Both the position numbers and the translations under genes were made by a program. A stretch of 64,000 bases of DNA from Octopus sinensis (lineage: Eukaryota). The notes under the pieces were generated by a model. It was given only the letters and a program-made list of their open reading frames with translations. It was not told where the DNA came from and ran no database searches. Location of the stretch: contig NC_043008.1 in NCBI RefSeq assembly GCF_006345805.1, positions 62,496,001-62,560,000 on the forward strand, read 5' to 3'. This document shows, piece after piece, positions 36,911-49,739 of the stretch. Position 1 is the first letter of the stretch; every line of letters begins with the position of its first letter.

Positions 36911-37219
36911 TTCTTTGAACTGGTTTCCACTTTTCCTCTGGTCCACCAGTTAGTGGTCCTATCACCTTGAACTTGTCATCAAATTTGGATTAGAACTCTT
37001 GCTGGTATTTGGCTGATGGGTGTCTGGCTGTGTTGAAGGCCAGCCTAATGAGCTTTGGGTGCTTGTGATGCTGGAGAACTATGCTGATGTTGAGTTTGGC
37101 TCTTATGAGTCAATGGTTCATCCAGCAACCTGCATTCTACATTGCTGTGGTTATGAAGACGTCACTGCTGTTATGCTGGTGGACAGAAATGTAATCAATG
37201 AGATGCTACTGTTTTGAAC

Positions 37220-37815
37220 ATGGGTGCATCCTTGAAAAGCAACCTGAAATGGAGCAGCATTAGTACATACAAACTTAAAGCCGCTGCTGCAGATAGATCA
37301 ACATGGAGGTCTTTCACCTTACAAGAAGCTGCTACCTTTGAAGAGGACTGGTGACAGAGTTTCACTGCTGCAAGAGAAAGATGCCACAGGGCAGTGTCCA
37401 CCTCATTCCTGTCAACAGATTAAGAGCACCATCCAAGCGTGATTGTTGCCAGAGCGGCCTAACTGGCATTCGTGCCGGTGGCATGTAAAAAGCACCATTC
37501 AAGCGTGATCGTTACCAGCATCGCCTTACTGGCACTTGTGCCGGTGTGCAGGTGACACGTAAAAAAAAACACGATTTTCTGTGTCCGTTGCCAGTACCAC
37601 CTGACTGGCCTTCTTGCCGGTGGCATGTAAAAGCACCCACTACACTCTCGGAGTGGTTGGCGTTAGGAAGGGCATCCAGCTGTAGAAACTCTGCCAAATC
37701 AAGATTGGAGACTGGTGCAGCCATCTGATTCGCCAGTCCTCAGTCAAATCGTCCAACCCATGCTAGCATGGAAAACAGACGTTAAACAACAATGACGACG
37801 ATGACGATGATGATT
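37220..37815 (+). mobile_element. RTE/BovB-like C-terminal fragment (37220-37430) followed by a (GAT)n-tailed element with internal repeats
   Basis: ASLKSNLK...AAADRSTWRSFTLQEAATFEE matches the BovB-like C-terminus; the tail matches 41800-42040. Confidence 0.7.
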
Positions 37816-38779
37816 TATTGGCACCTGTGTGCCTCCAGCTTTGGACAGTAGAGTCACATGTGCTCTCAATGCTGAGAACGCAAATTTTGTCATTGTCAGA
37901 CACAGATGAACTACAAACAACACTTGAAGTGGAACTTAAGCACAGCATTTATAGTTAATGAAACACACATCAGTTATAATATTTTCATTGATGCCAGTTT
38001 TCAACAGACTCTTGTAAGAATTAAATGTTGAGTTTCTTTCTCCAAAGAGATAACACATTAAGTACCTGTGACGAATCACAGACTGTTAGTTGTTTTGCCC
38101 TGTAGACTCCTGTCCTAAAATTTTGTTTGGTCTGTTCATTTGATTAGGTTAGTCCTGTATCATACATGTCCTGAAGTGAATCTGACTGATTTTAATCAAC
38201 AAATCAAATGAAACAAAATAGTAATTAAAAAAAAATCTTGTCTCTATTATGGAATTCATTAAAAAGAGATATTAAATTACAAATTTCACAGGCTTTCAGC
38301 TATATGAATTAAAAAAGAAGCAAGACATATATATATATGTATATATACATATATAAACAAGCAAACAAACATCTAAACAACTTTCATTGATAATTAAACA
38401 TCAAATAGCAACAATTTCCATGTAGATTATTAATAAACTTCAATGATGTTGATGTTGGAATTATTTGTTTTGCTTTTGTTGTTGGGACATCAGTTATTAA
38501 AATTCTACTTGTTATTGATGAAGAGGTTTCTGGTGGTGATATTGTCATACTCATATATGGTAATGTCTTAAAAATCTTATTTTTCTTCAATCAAAATTTT
38601 ATAACTTAATTGTGCTGTATCAATCTTAGTAAACAATTTAAATATCTAATAGGACTAGCTAATTGATATCACACATAATAATTGTAATTATTGTTATTCT
38701 TCTTATTTTTCGCATCATCATCATCATCATCATCATCACCATCATCCTCCTCCTCCTCATCATCATCATCATCATTATT

Positions 38780-39310
38780 GAAGAGAGCAGCATATGCCAT
38801 CAAAGTACCACTGGGTTACAAATATACAAAGCCCAATATACCTGCCATGACTACCCCATCTGATAAGGATACACCAGGCGCATGTATTACAACCATGTGA
38901 GCATGACATGGTGATTTCATATCAAGATAAGTAGCACTTGACCTTGCAGGTAGGGCCCAGTTAGTATTTTCTACTGGTTGAGTGGCTCATCCTACTCAAA
39001 AGGTCCCTCAATAAGGTTTGTTTAGGGATGAAGAACAAAACACCAAATGTTTCCAGAGGTGAAATATTCAAACCCAAAGAATCCCTCTCAACACATGGCT
39101 ATGAGGCTCCCCCAACACTTCTGCTCGTGATCAGAGACGCACATATCATCAGCCACTAAGGGACATGCTCAGATGATTAATGTCAAGCAACCTACAGGCA
39201 AATTTGTGGCATTGAGCAGATTATCTGCTGTAGCCCATCTTTTATATCAAGATAAAACAATGTAAATGATAACACTTCAAATCACTTAAGATGAGAAGCC
39301 ATGAGAGCCA
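38780..39310 (-). mobile_element. Interspersed repeat, reverse complement of 52760-53180 plus extra 5' sequence
   Basis: Shared gagcatgtccc..agtggctgatgatat...tcttgatatga.atcaccatgtc...ctgctctct sequence. Confidence 0.75.
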
Positions 39311-39349
39311 GTGTCTGGTGCTGCTATTATTATTATTATTATTATTTTA

Positions 39350-40390
39350 ATAAAATATAGTCCATTGTCTTCTGCTGAACTTGGGACATCGCTTGATCAT
39401 AGGGTCACAGCAGGTCCTCATCTCATGGAGAGTACACGGTGTAAAATGTGTGTGAAAGCTAGCAACACTATTTTCTTAAGTTCTCCCACGTTAACACTGC
39501 AAGGAAGTTTGTTGAGCTGCTTATCAAGGCCCTTTTTAATTAGCCCTAAGGCCCTCAATCACTACTGGTGCTGTGCTGCTTTTCATTCCCAACATATTGG
39601 TCACTTCTATTTCTAGGTCTTTGTACTTAAATAACTTCTCAACTTCTTTAACCCTTTCATTACCAACCTGGCTGAAACCAGCTCTGGTTCTGCAGTACAA
39701 ATGTCTTGTTTTCATAAATTTTGAATTAAAATCTTCCACCAAATTTTAGTTACAATTTATGTTCCTAATACTAGCTGAATGATAACAAAGTTATTTTACT
39801 AAATTCTTTGTTACATCTAAAATAATTGAAAGAAACACAGAGCATCTCAAAATAAATACGGCAACGAAAGGGTTAATGGACACATTACTCTCTGTTACTG
39901 TCACATCTATCATTAAGCATTTCTTATTCATTTCATCTTTGATGATTATGTCCAGCAGGTTTGCCTTGATTTCTTTATCGATGTTGATTGGCATGTCCCA
40001 GAGTACTGTTACATCATCTTTTCCGGTCACAGTTTCAGGTTTATGATGGTACCATCTTTCTGAAGTTGGAAGCTGGTAGTATTTACATATCTTCCAATGG
40101 ATATATTGCACTACACTATCGTGTCTATGAATATATTCGGTTTTTGCAAGTGCTGTGCATCCAGTTAAGATATGGTCCACTCTTTCATCCTGCTAATGAC
40201 ACATTCTGCATTTTGGGTCAGTGCCATCGTTCTTTATTTTGTTGTGGTAAGCCCTGGTTGCCAAGCTTTGATCTTGTGCTGCTATGATAAAACCTTCGGT
40301 TTCAGTCTTCAGTCCTGAGCTCTTCATCCATACGTGAGTGTTTCACTTTTCTACACCTGGTTTGTTCACTCTGCATGGGTATCGGTTTAG
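39350..40390 (-). mobile_element. R4/Dong-like retrotransposon 3' fragment (CCHC knuckle plus RLE), split by a MITE
   Basis: DHILTGCTALAKTEYIHRHD...LWDMPINIDKEIKAN..DIIIKD...IDV; rejoining at TTAA restores NVSIKEVEKLFKYKDLEIE. Confidence 0.85.
39648..39876. mobile_element. piggyBac-type MITE
   Basis: TTAA duplicated at 39648-39651 and 39873-39876; 13-bp TIRs ccctttcattacc / ggcaacgaaaggg. Confidence 0.85.
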
Positions 40391-40519
40391 TGTTAGTTGG
40401 TAAAAGCTTTGTAGAAAATCCTCAAGTAGCCCTCAGGAGCTAAGCTTCATAATTTCCTCAAGGAATCTTAATTATCACATTGAGATATTATTATCATTAT
40501 TATTATTATTAGTATTATT

Positions 40520-40746
40520 CTGTTTGACTTTTGCTTTACATTTGTACAAGTTGGCTCCAAGTCTCACCCAGAGTCCTCAAGAGATAACAAGTTGGAAGTT
40601 CATGCTGGTATTATGCTTAGTGTGCCATATATTTGGTTTTGTACTTAGTGTTGTACTAGTGAATGTCTAAAAAAACCATACGAAAATTATGTTTCTTTTA
40701 AAACTTGAGATTACATAGAAAGTATTTTGCATAGGATATGAGCAGT
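40520..40746 (-). mobile_element. 5'-truncated R4/Dong-like 3' end inside an (ATT)n tract
   Basis: Homologous to 54415-54700; (ATT)n on both sides. Confidence 0.8.
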
Positions 40747-40767
40747 TATTATTATTATTATTATTAT

Positions 40768-40813
<46 letters not shown>

Positions 40814-40849
40814 GGTGGTGGTGGTGGTGGTGGTGCAGCCCATGATGAT

Positions 40850-41060
40850 GAGTTAGCGGAACCTTTAGCATGCTGTGAAAATGTTTAGCAGCATTACACA
40901 TGTCTTTACAATCTGAGTTCAAACTATGCCAAAGTCCTCTCAGCTTTTTATCCCTTTGGGACTAATAAAATAAGTGCCAGTTGAGTGCTGGAGTTGATGT
41001 AGTTGACTTTCCCTCTCCTCAAAAATTTCTGGCCCTGTGCCAAAGTTTGAACTCATTATT
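40850..41060 (+). mobile_element. Diverged SINE family A
   Basis: gatgagttagcggaacctttagcatgc...gagttcaaactatgcc... Confidence 0.65.
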
Positions 41061-41099
41061 AAGGCAGCCTAACTAATAATGGCATTTATTCAAAACAGA

Positions 41100-41400
41100 G
41101 ATTATAGAATTTGCTTACGAAAACAAACTTACTTGAGTGATGTTTAAATAATTATAACAACTAAGCTAGGCCATGATAGTGTAGCAAGGCAAATCAAGAT
41201 CCTGTACTGATCAATTAAAACATACAATATGAACTAGGTTAATCAAAATTTGGAATTCTTGGCTTGGTATCATATTCTGAGAAATAAGGTCAGAACAGCC
41301 AACAGTTTTGACTGGACCAAATATAGAGGGTATTTATTGAAAAACTATTTTATTTGACTAACATGAACTGTATATCAGAAATTTGAATGGAATAATGAGA
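41100..41400 (+). mobile_element. Decayed L1-like RT remnant
   Basis: ITTKLGHDSVARQIKILY resembles the L1-clade LxKxGFG..FxxWIxxLY segment. Confidence 0.3.
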
Positions 41401-41661
41401 AGCTTAGTGTAACTTGGTAAAAGCTTTGTAGAACATCCTCAAGTAACCCTCAGGGGCTAAGCTTCATAATTTCCTCAAGGAATGTTAACTATCACACTGA
41501 ATAATCTGAGCTGATTGTTCAATACATTATCTTATTTGTGCTTTTAACTCTTAATATCCAAGAGAAAATGTTTCAAGCCAAAAGCTTAATACTGTAATGT
41601 TTCTGTTTCAGAAAAGAAATGAATAACAGAAGAAAACATTAGGGTTTTCCACATATTGTTA

Positions 41662-42040
41662 CACCAACGTCGCCTTACTGGTACCTGTACTGGTGGCAAT
41701 CGTTACCAGCGTTGCCTTACTGGCACCTGTGCTGGTGGCAATCTTTGCCAGCGTTGCCTTACTGGCACCTGTGCTGGTGGCATGTGTAAAAAGATTTGAG
41801 CGAGGAGGTTGCCAGTACCGCCTGACTGGCCCCCGTGCTGGTGGCACATAAAAAGCACCCACTACACTCTCGAAGTGGTTGGCGTTAGGAAGGGCATCCA
41901 GCTGTAGAAACTCTGCCAAATGAAGACTGGAGCCTGGTACAGCTATCTGGTTCGCCAGCCCTCAGTCAAAATCGTCCCACCCATGCTAGCATGGAAAGCG
42001 GACGTTAAACGATGATGATGATGATGATGATGATGATGAG
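41662..42040 (+). mobile_element. (GAT)n-tailed RTE-derived element with three internal ~42-bp tandem units
   Basis: cagcgttgccttactggcacctgtgctggtggca repeated three times, then the canonical tail. Confidence 0.85.
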
Positions 42041-42049
42041 CTCCTCACT

Positions 42050-42470
42050 TTCTTCAAAATTAATGTAAAATAGGTTAATAAAATCCTTGTTATAACATGG
42101 GTTTCATGACTAGCTGTCTGCTGCAGTCCCACGTAGTATTCTGTCTTACAAAATCCCAAAAGGAAGTAGATGAGTATATATCATAAGCAGTGTAGTCAAA
42201 ACTAAATCTTCATGTTGAAGAAAATAAGGCTGTGCACCTTGTCATAAGAGAACGCTCGTTTAATAATACTTGAAAAAATGCTGGTTTAACAAATCAAGCC
42301 CAGTTGTAAGGCAAATTAAACTCATTACAGAGTCTAGCTGTGATATTCGTAGAAATATGTAAATTGTCATTAAGCAGTTCTTGGTACCAATATTTTCACC
42401 ATTCTGGTTATAAACAACAATATCATAATTATTTTTTTCTGACATATTACACATGATGTATTTCATCTAG
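42050..42470 (-). mobile_element. Decayed L1/Tx1-like linker remnant
   Basis: ORF 42260..42466 (KYIMCNMSEKNN...NQNGENIGTK) resembles the Tx1 KYFFxxEK...NxxGE linker. Confidence 0.3.
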
Positions 42471-43499
42471 AAAGAATAAAGATTAGCATATTTCTGTATT
42501 TAGAAGGAAAAACTCTTTTACCAATATCTAATGGATTGTTCTAACATAGAAACACAGACAAAGAATTAAAAAAAAACAAGTACTAAAACACTGAGGATAA
42601 TATTTATGATAACTCTTTTTGTTTTTTTCTTTCCATTTTACACGAACTGTTTTCCTATTCTTCTATAATGTCATTTCTTAACAGCAAAAGTATTTCAGAA
42701 ATGTATTAAACTGCAACTAATGGTGTGTCTCCAGCTTATCTTTGGACTTCAGTGGTTTGGGGGAAATATGGAGTTACACTTAAGTACCTCTACTTCTAGG
42801 TCCATTATGACTTGCAGTGACTGTACCTTTCAAGAGCCCTTCGTTGTGGGTCAAACAGCAGAAGATGATGCTGTGGCTAAGCTATACATGACTCAGAGGA
42901 GACAGCTGGCACCTATGCATGTGGCACACAAGTCCATTAATGTATGAACATGGATGGTAACATGTTAACCAGTCTCCTTGTCGAAGTATTAAAATAAGCC
43001 CTGTATCTCACAAATAGGTGTAGATGAGCAGGTATCTATCAGAGTAAGCTATAAAGGTAAAGGCTGAAGGCAATTGGAAAGCACTGCTGTATATTTCCCA
43101 AGAAAAATCATAAATCATAAATCTTAAGACTTCTGTGTTGAGATCCATGTAAGCATAACACAGGAAAAGAGAGTTTAATTCTCATCAACGTGATCCCTAT
43201 AATTTATTTGCTTCTAATCTATTCAGCTCCTTTCTGTGGCTTTAATTATCTCTTTCTTTTGATATATTCTATTTAACAACTCACATATCTCTTTTAATTC
43301 TCAGCTTCCGCTCATATACACCATCTGATCACACTCCCTATATCCTCCATTATATACCTTTACATCTGCCGCATCATCACTCCTACGCCTTGAGTATCAT
43401 TCCCTCACCTTGCGGTCTATCCTTCCTGAGCAACCTCTCTCACCTTACCTCTCTCCAAACTGATATTTCTCCATCAACCATACCTCCTCTACCTCCATT

Positions 43500-44080
43500 T
43501 CTTATTTCTTTACTGCCCACAAGGAGCTACACAGAGAGGGGACAAACAAGGACAGACAAATGGATTAAGTCGATTATATCGACCCCAGTGTGTAACTGGT
43601 ATTTATTTAATCGCCCCCCAAAAGGCATGGTTTTAGTGCCAACTTCACAGTGTGTCAAAGACAGACTGTACAAAATGGCATATTGTGCAGAGACTGGCCG
43701 ATTCATTTAATGCCTCACCTCTTGACCCAGTCTGTGGCTGCCCACAGGTAAGTTAACCACACACCCACTTTTGACAGTCGTTCTAATGAGTTCTTACTCA
43801 ACCTATTTGACAGCAACTATAGTTTTCAGTCATGAACCAGGTATGGCATATCTTCTCCTGTTGTGGCAGCTTATTTACAGAGCCTTCTTAATCAAATATT
43901 TATAATAGCTACACAATTGTCCTTCCAGTGTGTAAACTTTGTTGTTGCATTTTAATTCAAGACCACCATGGAAAATATTTTGTGCTGTGAAATGAAATTC
44001 TGTTAATGGTTTTACAAGTGTTGTACTTTCATTATGCTCAATCAGAACCCAACTGAACCACCAGCATCTCATACTTTTCA
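43500..44080 (-). mobile_element. SINE family A 3' part (43500-43625) abutting a decayed RTE-like RT remnant (43630-44080)
   Basis: Minus frame GLELKCNNK...YKYL...QYAILYSLSLTHCEVGT resembles the RTE GLxIN..K...YLG...VYRAIVLSTLLYGCETWT. Confidence 0.45.
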
Positions 44081-44324
44081 TCCTATGACATCTGTTATCT
44101 GTTAATTACACTGTTAACTACACCATCATCTGTTATCTGTTAACTACATCATCATGACATCTGTTAACTACATCATCATGACATCTGTTAATTACACTGC
44201 ATGACAGTGCCATTGCAGCCCAGTAGTTAATTTATTAATTAGTACTTTATTCTCTTGATCCTGGACGGATGAAAGGGTAAGTTAAAATCCCTCACCAGGA
44301 TTTCAATACAAAATAAAAATAAGC

Positions 44325-44745
44325 GCAGGAGTGGCTGTGTGGTAAGTAGGTTGCTTACCAACCACATGGTTCCGGGTTCAGTCCCACTGCATGGCATCTT
44401 GGGCAAGTGTCTTCTGCTATAGCCTTGGGCCAACCAATGCCTTGTGAGTGGATTTGGTAGACGGAAACTGAAAGAAGCCTGTCGTATATATGTATATACA
44501 TATATATATGTATGTGTGTGTATATGTTTGTGTGTCTGTGTTTGTCCCCCTAGCATTGCTTGACAACTGATGCTGGTGTGTTTACGTCCCCTGTTACTTA
44601 GCGGTTCAACAAAAGAGACCGATAGAATAAGTACTAGGCTTACAAAGAATAAGTCCTGGGGTCGATTTCCTCGACTAAAGGTGGTGCTCCAGCATGGCCG
44701 CAGTCATCTGACTAAAACAAGGAAAAGAGTAAAGAGAGTAAGCAA
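44325..44745 (+). mobile_element. SINE family B, full length
   Basis: High identity to 50020-50435. Confidence 0.9.
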
Positions 44746-45344
44746 GAATAAATACTGCATGATTATTTGTCCGATTCTCTCATAAATCTGCCAGTCGAGT
44801 GTTCTGCACCAATCCTGTAATTAACTGAATATGTGGCATGTCTGTCATCTTGCTGACGCTAGTTAATGGAAGAAGAAGAATGAGAGATTTCAAAGCTAAA
44901 ATCGAGCTTGAGAATTCCTTTTTGCTCTTAACACTTGATAAAAACGTTAGCCAGTATAATAAATTCATTTGACATTTTATGGAGATGAATTTGGTTACGT
45001 TCTTATGGATAACTAAACTAAATTTGATTTCATTTAGTCTCCTGTCAGTCAAGTTTAAATAGCTAGAGATGTTTACACCATTATCAATACAATGAAATGG
45101 TGTGTCTGAATCAGTCATGTTGATGGTTCATAAGACAGAACAGAAGCAGGAATGGAAATAATGGTAATACTGGAAGTCAGTGATTGAAAACGCTTTGATT
45201 GAGACATAATGACACAATTTTTGTGAGATGTTTATCTAAGATATAATAAAAGCTGTGATGAGATTTCATTTCATGAATGCATTTGAAAGGTTCAGTTCTA
45301 TGGTTTTCTATTATTCTGCATTGAAGCATATATGTGTATATATG

Positions 45345-45404
<60 letters not shown>

Positions 45405-45407
<3 letters not shown>

Positions 45408-45590
45408 CATCATCATCATCATCATCGTTTAACGTCCGCTTTCACTGCTAGCATGGGTTCGACGATTTGACTGAGGTCTGGTGAACCAGATGGCTGCACC
45501 AGACTCCAATCTGGTCTGGCAGAGTTTCTACAGCTGGATGCCCTTCCTAACGCCAACCACTCTGAGAGTGTAGTGGGTGCTTTTATGTGC
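45405..45590 (-). mobile_element. (GAT)n-tailed element, 3' part
   Basis: catcatcgtttaacgtccgctttc...gtgtagtgggtgcttttatgtgcc. Confidence 0.85.
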
Positions 45591-45789
45591 CAATATATAT
45601 ATATATATTTATATGTGTGTGTGTGTGTGTTGTGTGTGTGTGTGTGTTTGTGTGTGTGTATATATCTCACGTGATCATCTTTTTTTTCTTTTGGTCTGTT
45701 GCACAGACCAGACTCATTCATATCTGTTTCTTCTCCTATCTTTTCTCCTATCAAAAAATTATACAAAATATAGATTAATCACAAACCAG

Positions 45790-46110
<321 letters not shown>

Positions 46111-46673
46111 ATAAACAGACAGATATGTGTCAATGTATGCATGTATATATATATATATATATATATATAGATAGATCTAGGAATTTGTGTGTCTATATAT
46201 GTATTTAGAAGAATGGAAAAGAAATAATCTTGAGGTAATTTCAAAAATTTAATTTGTACTCTTCTTTACCTGTTTTCATCACCAATAGCATTATCACCTA
46301 TATAATTATGACTTAATAGATAGTTGTTCTTAGAATGGTTTTGTAGAATGTGATGCGGAACTCATTTCCACGGGAATATTTTTTGAGATATTATTGAGAC
46401 TGTTTTTCTTCTCCCAAATATTGTTCTAAACATTTGTTTCAGTCAGTTTTAAACTTTATGCAACAAAGTTTAGAATTGCTTACCATTCCTATCACATTGA
46501 AATAATAATATATTGGAATTTAATGACATATTAAAAGATTGAGCTCTTGTAATCTGTGAATATATTTATTCAGTGCATAAGCACTTATTTGCATTAAATC
46601 TCTCACTCTCTCTCTCTGTCACTTTCTCTCTTTATATTTATCTATATATTTAGATAAATAAATAGATCTATAC

Positions 46674-46749
<76 letters not shown>

Positions 46750-46899
46750 TCATATATGCACACACATATATGCTTACTATATACATATATGCATGCATAC
46801 ATACACACATACGTATATATACGAATACAAATATCTTTATCTGTAAATATTTATGAACAATCATGGAAATATACCAAGGTAATAAATAAAATCATTTAC

Positions 46900-47560
46900 C
46901 ATCAATACAGCAATAGAAATAACCTTTGCTATCATTTTTCCTACAATTAACATAACCCTGACATTTTGTCAAATATTTTATCCCCAAATGTTTAGATTTA
47001 ATAAGATGCAAGCGGAATCCATTGCGTAATTTCTTACGTTGTATTTCTGTTTTATCTTCAGTTATTTTTCTCTGTTGTTCTTCATTGATTTAGTTTGATT
47101 TTTCAAATGCTAAATAAATTTCAATGAAAACTACTTTGAAAATTTTAAAAAATAAAACTATTGTTACTGATATTTGAATCTGAATTATTTGTCAAATATA
47201 ATAAACTCTGACCCAAGCACACATTTACACAACATTAAACCCAAATTGCAACCAATACCACATTTAATCACTGCTTTAATTTCAAATATTGTTCTGTTCT
47301 TTAGACTATTTCTTTACTTCTTCAAGAGACAAATTGCTTTATCTTTTCTTATTACCATTTCCTCTTATTGCGCTTGAATAGCACCAATTAAATAAATCGG
47401 TAATCAACAATTGATCTTTTAACCTAATAATTTCCTGTCATTCCCAAGTCTGTAATGAATTTTCAATTTCTTTTCTGTAGTATTACAGAGACATACTCTT
47501 TCTGAAATTATTCTGTTCTTCTCTTTAAAGTTACATTTGGATCAAAATTTGTTTACATTG
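46900..47560 (-). mobile_element. Decayed L1/Tx1-like RT-thumb remnant
   Basis: Minus frame EIIRLKDQLLITDLFNW...KKR*SNLSL...MWY resembles KILGI...NW...RxLSLxGK...SKxWY. Confidence 0.3.
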
Positions 47561-48309
47561 GGTTTGTGAATTTTTATATATGTATGTATGTATGTATGTA
47601 TATATTTGTTTTGTATACTGTTTATTTCAATCATCCTTCCAACGAAAGAATTCTCATAAAGTGCCTGAGATTCTTCACATTGATTCTTAACTTCCACCAT
47701 CTTCATTTTATCTACAAATCAAGTAATCATCCACATCTCATTGACAAAGCTATAATTTCACAGAATTCTTTTATTTTTTTCCTGCCAAAACACACACACA
47801 CACACAAAACGGGAAAAAATGTAAGCAGACATTAGAATGATGTAAATGAAGTGATTGATATTGATGATGATGATAATGATCATGACAATGTGGAGGAAGA
47901 GGAGGAGGAGGTGGAGGAGGAAGAGGAGGAGCAGCAGGAGGAAGCTGATTGTGTTGGTTATGGTGGAAGTGATGGATACTGTAGTAATGATTGTTGTGTT
48001 GTTGCATCGCTGCTTCTTGTTGAAATCAGAAATATATAAAAAACTGAAAGAATTATTTTTCTAAGTTTTAAAGTGTCAGTTGTGTGAAAATATACTTGTT
48101 TCAATGAAATTAATGTCTTCAAGCTAACCATATATGGATTGGTAAAATGGAAGACAAAAGCAATATTGGAAGCAGAATGCCAAAATAGAAGTAAAAGATC
48201 TGCGTTGTAACTAAATACATACAACAGTCAAACCAGCATATGACCACATGATCTTGTGACTGACCAGGCTACAAGTTGTTGTTGTAAATCGCTGGTCACA
48301 ATACTTATA

Positions 48310-48715
48310 TTTTTTGCATTGTTTTAGCCCAGTACTGAAAGCAAATACGTCTATGTAAACAATATGATTGAAGATAGAAAACACAGGTAATGTGTGTAAT
48401 ATATATATATTTCAGGATTTCTTGCTCCTTCTTCAGTATTCTATCCAACCCATTAACCATCAACAAACATATTACTTCAATAGCCACTAAGCAGGCCAAT
48501 ATTTCCCCACTGACAAGGGGGCAAGCTGGCAAAAATGTTAGCATGCCTGGCGAAATGCTTAGCGGTGTTTCGTCTGTCTTTACATTCTGAGTTCGATTCT
48601 GCTGAGGTCGATTTTGTCTTTCATCCTTTCGGGGTTGATAAATTAAGCACCAGTAGTGTACTGGGGTCAATCTAATCGCCTGATCCCCTCCCCAAAATAA
48701 TATTGTAGTATTTTC
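48310..48715. mobile_element. Coding-like decayed segment (48310-48490, duplicated at 50955-51135) followed by SINE family A on plus (48505-48715)
   Basis: ~180-bp direct match between the two sites; the SINE is recognised by identity with other copies. Confidence 0.6.
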
Positions 48716-49299
48716 TGAGAGGCCTGATCTGGTCGGTTTGAAAACTGAAGGGATAAAGTAATAAATTAGCATTTCTTAGAAAAATATATACAAAACATAT
48801 ATATTTGTGTGTACACACTTGTGGACTCACACACACACACACACACATATCTACACATGCATACCTGCAAGTACATATAATTACGTCTCTCTCTCTCTCT
48901 CTCCAGCAGTCACTATTGATGATGTCTATGGTATAGACAAAATTAGGTCTAGTCTGGTTGATCCTTAAGACAGTCGTTGAGCAGTTACTTCTCCTCTCAG
49001 AAAGTGTACGTATTTGCTCTCTTCTTATAGCATTAAGAGTATTTTAACTCCTATTTCTAGCAATGTAGGTGCATCTGCACCCTTAGTGACACTCATTGAT
49101 AATTTAGTTTTTTCTTTATGGTATCACATTGCTCCTGACTATTTATATTAATTTTTGTACATATATATATGTATTGCTGCTGCTGCTGAGACCCCCTTCT
49201 GTTATGATTGACCATTGGATTGCACCTAGAAAGTTACCCTCCCAGGCACAAGTCTCAGCAAGGTTGTTTTTATGGAAGACCAGCAGTCGCCCATGCATA

Positions 49300-49655
49300 C
49301 CTATTTCTTTATTACCCACAAGGGGCTAAACATAGAGGGGACAAACAAGGACAGACATAGGTATTAAGTCGATTATATCGACCCCAGTGCGTAACTGGTA
49401 CTTAATTTATCGACCCCGAAAGGATGAAAGGCAAAGTCGACCTCGGCGAAATTTGAACTCAGAACGTAACGACAGACGAAATACGGCTACGCATTTCGCC
49501 CGGCGTGCTAACGTTTCTGCCACCTCCCCTCTCCATGCTACCAGTGTCATCCAAGGGAAAGGCAAAGGCCGATACAGCTTGGTACCAGGATTCAAACTCA
49601 CAACCTCACGATTGTAAGCTCGACGGTCTAACCACTGAGCCATGCACCTTCACTA
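49300..49655 (-). mobile_element. Young SINE family A (49300-49530) plus a reversed tRNA-like SINE head (49535-49655)
   Basis: CpG-retaining copy (gtcgacctcggcgaaatttgaactcagaacg); head caggattcaaactcacaacc...ctaaccactgagccatgcac. Confidence 0.85.
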
Positions 49656-49739
49656 TCAGATATATAGATATATATTTATGAATGTGTGTATGTTTGGTAA
49701 TGCTTATAAGTAATCATCTTACCTCTGGCTCTTAAGTTC

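Larger units (their letters stand above)
36055..37200 (-). mobile_element. RTE/BovB-like LINE fragment (endonuclease end plus linker), interrupted by the insertion at 36209-36910
   Basis: HLIDYISVHQH...CWMNH*LIRAKL (APE C-terminal motifs); across the rejoined junction QFKEVITKTAKTVPGPKK..LDWF...LLDDKRKAY. Confidence 0.7.

Noticed and set aside
43638-43748. Candidate 111-nt plus-strand exon (ttttag...cacag|gtaagt) with an open frame
   Set aside because: The opposite strand matches an RTE RT remnant, the acceptor abuts a SINE end, and no partner exons were found.
44780-45118. 112-aa non-repetitive minus ORF
   Set aside because: No recognisable motif or splice context; length is compatible with chance or an unassigned TE fossil.
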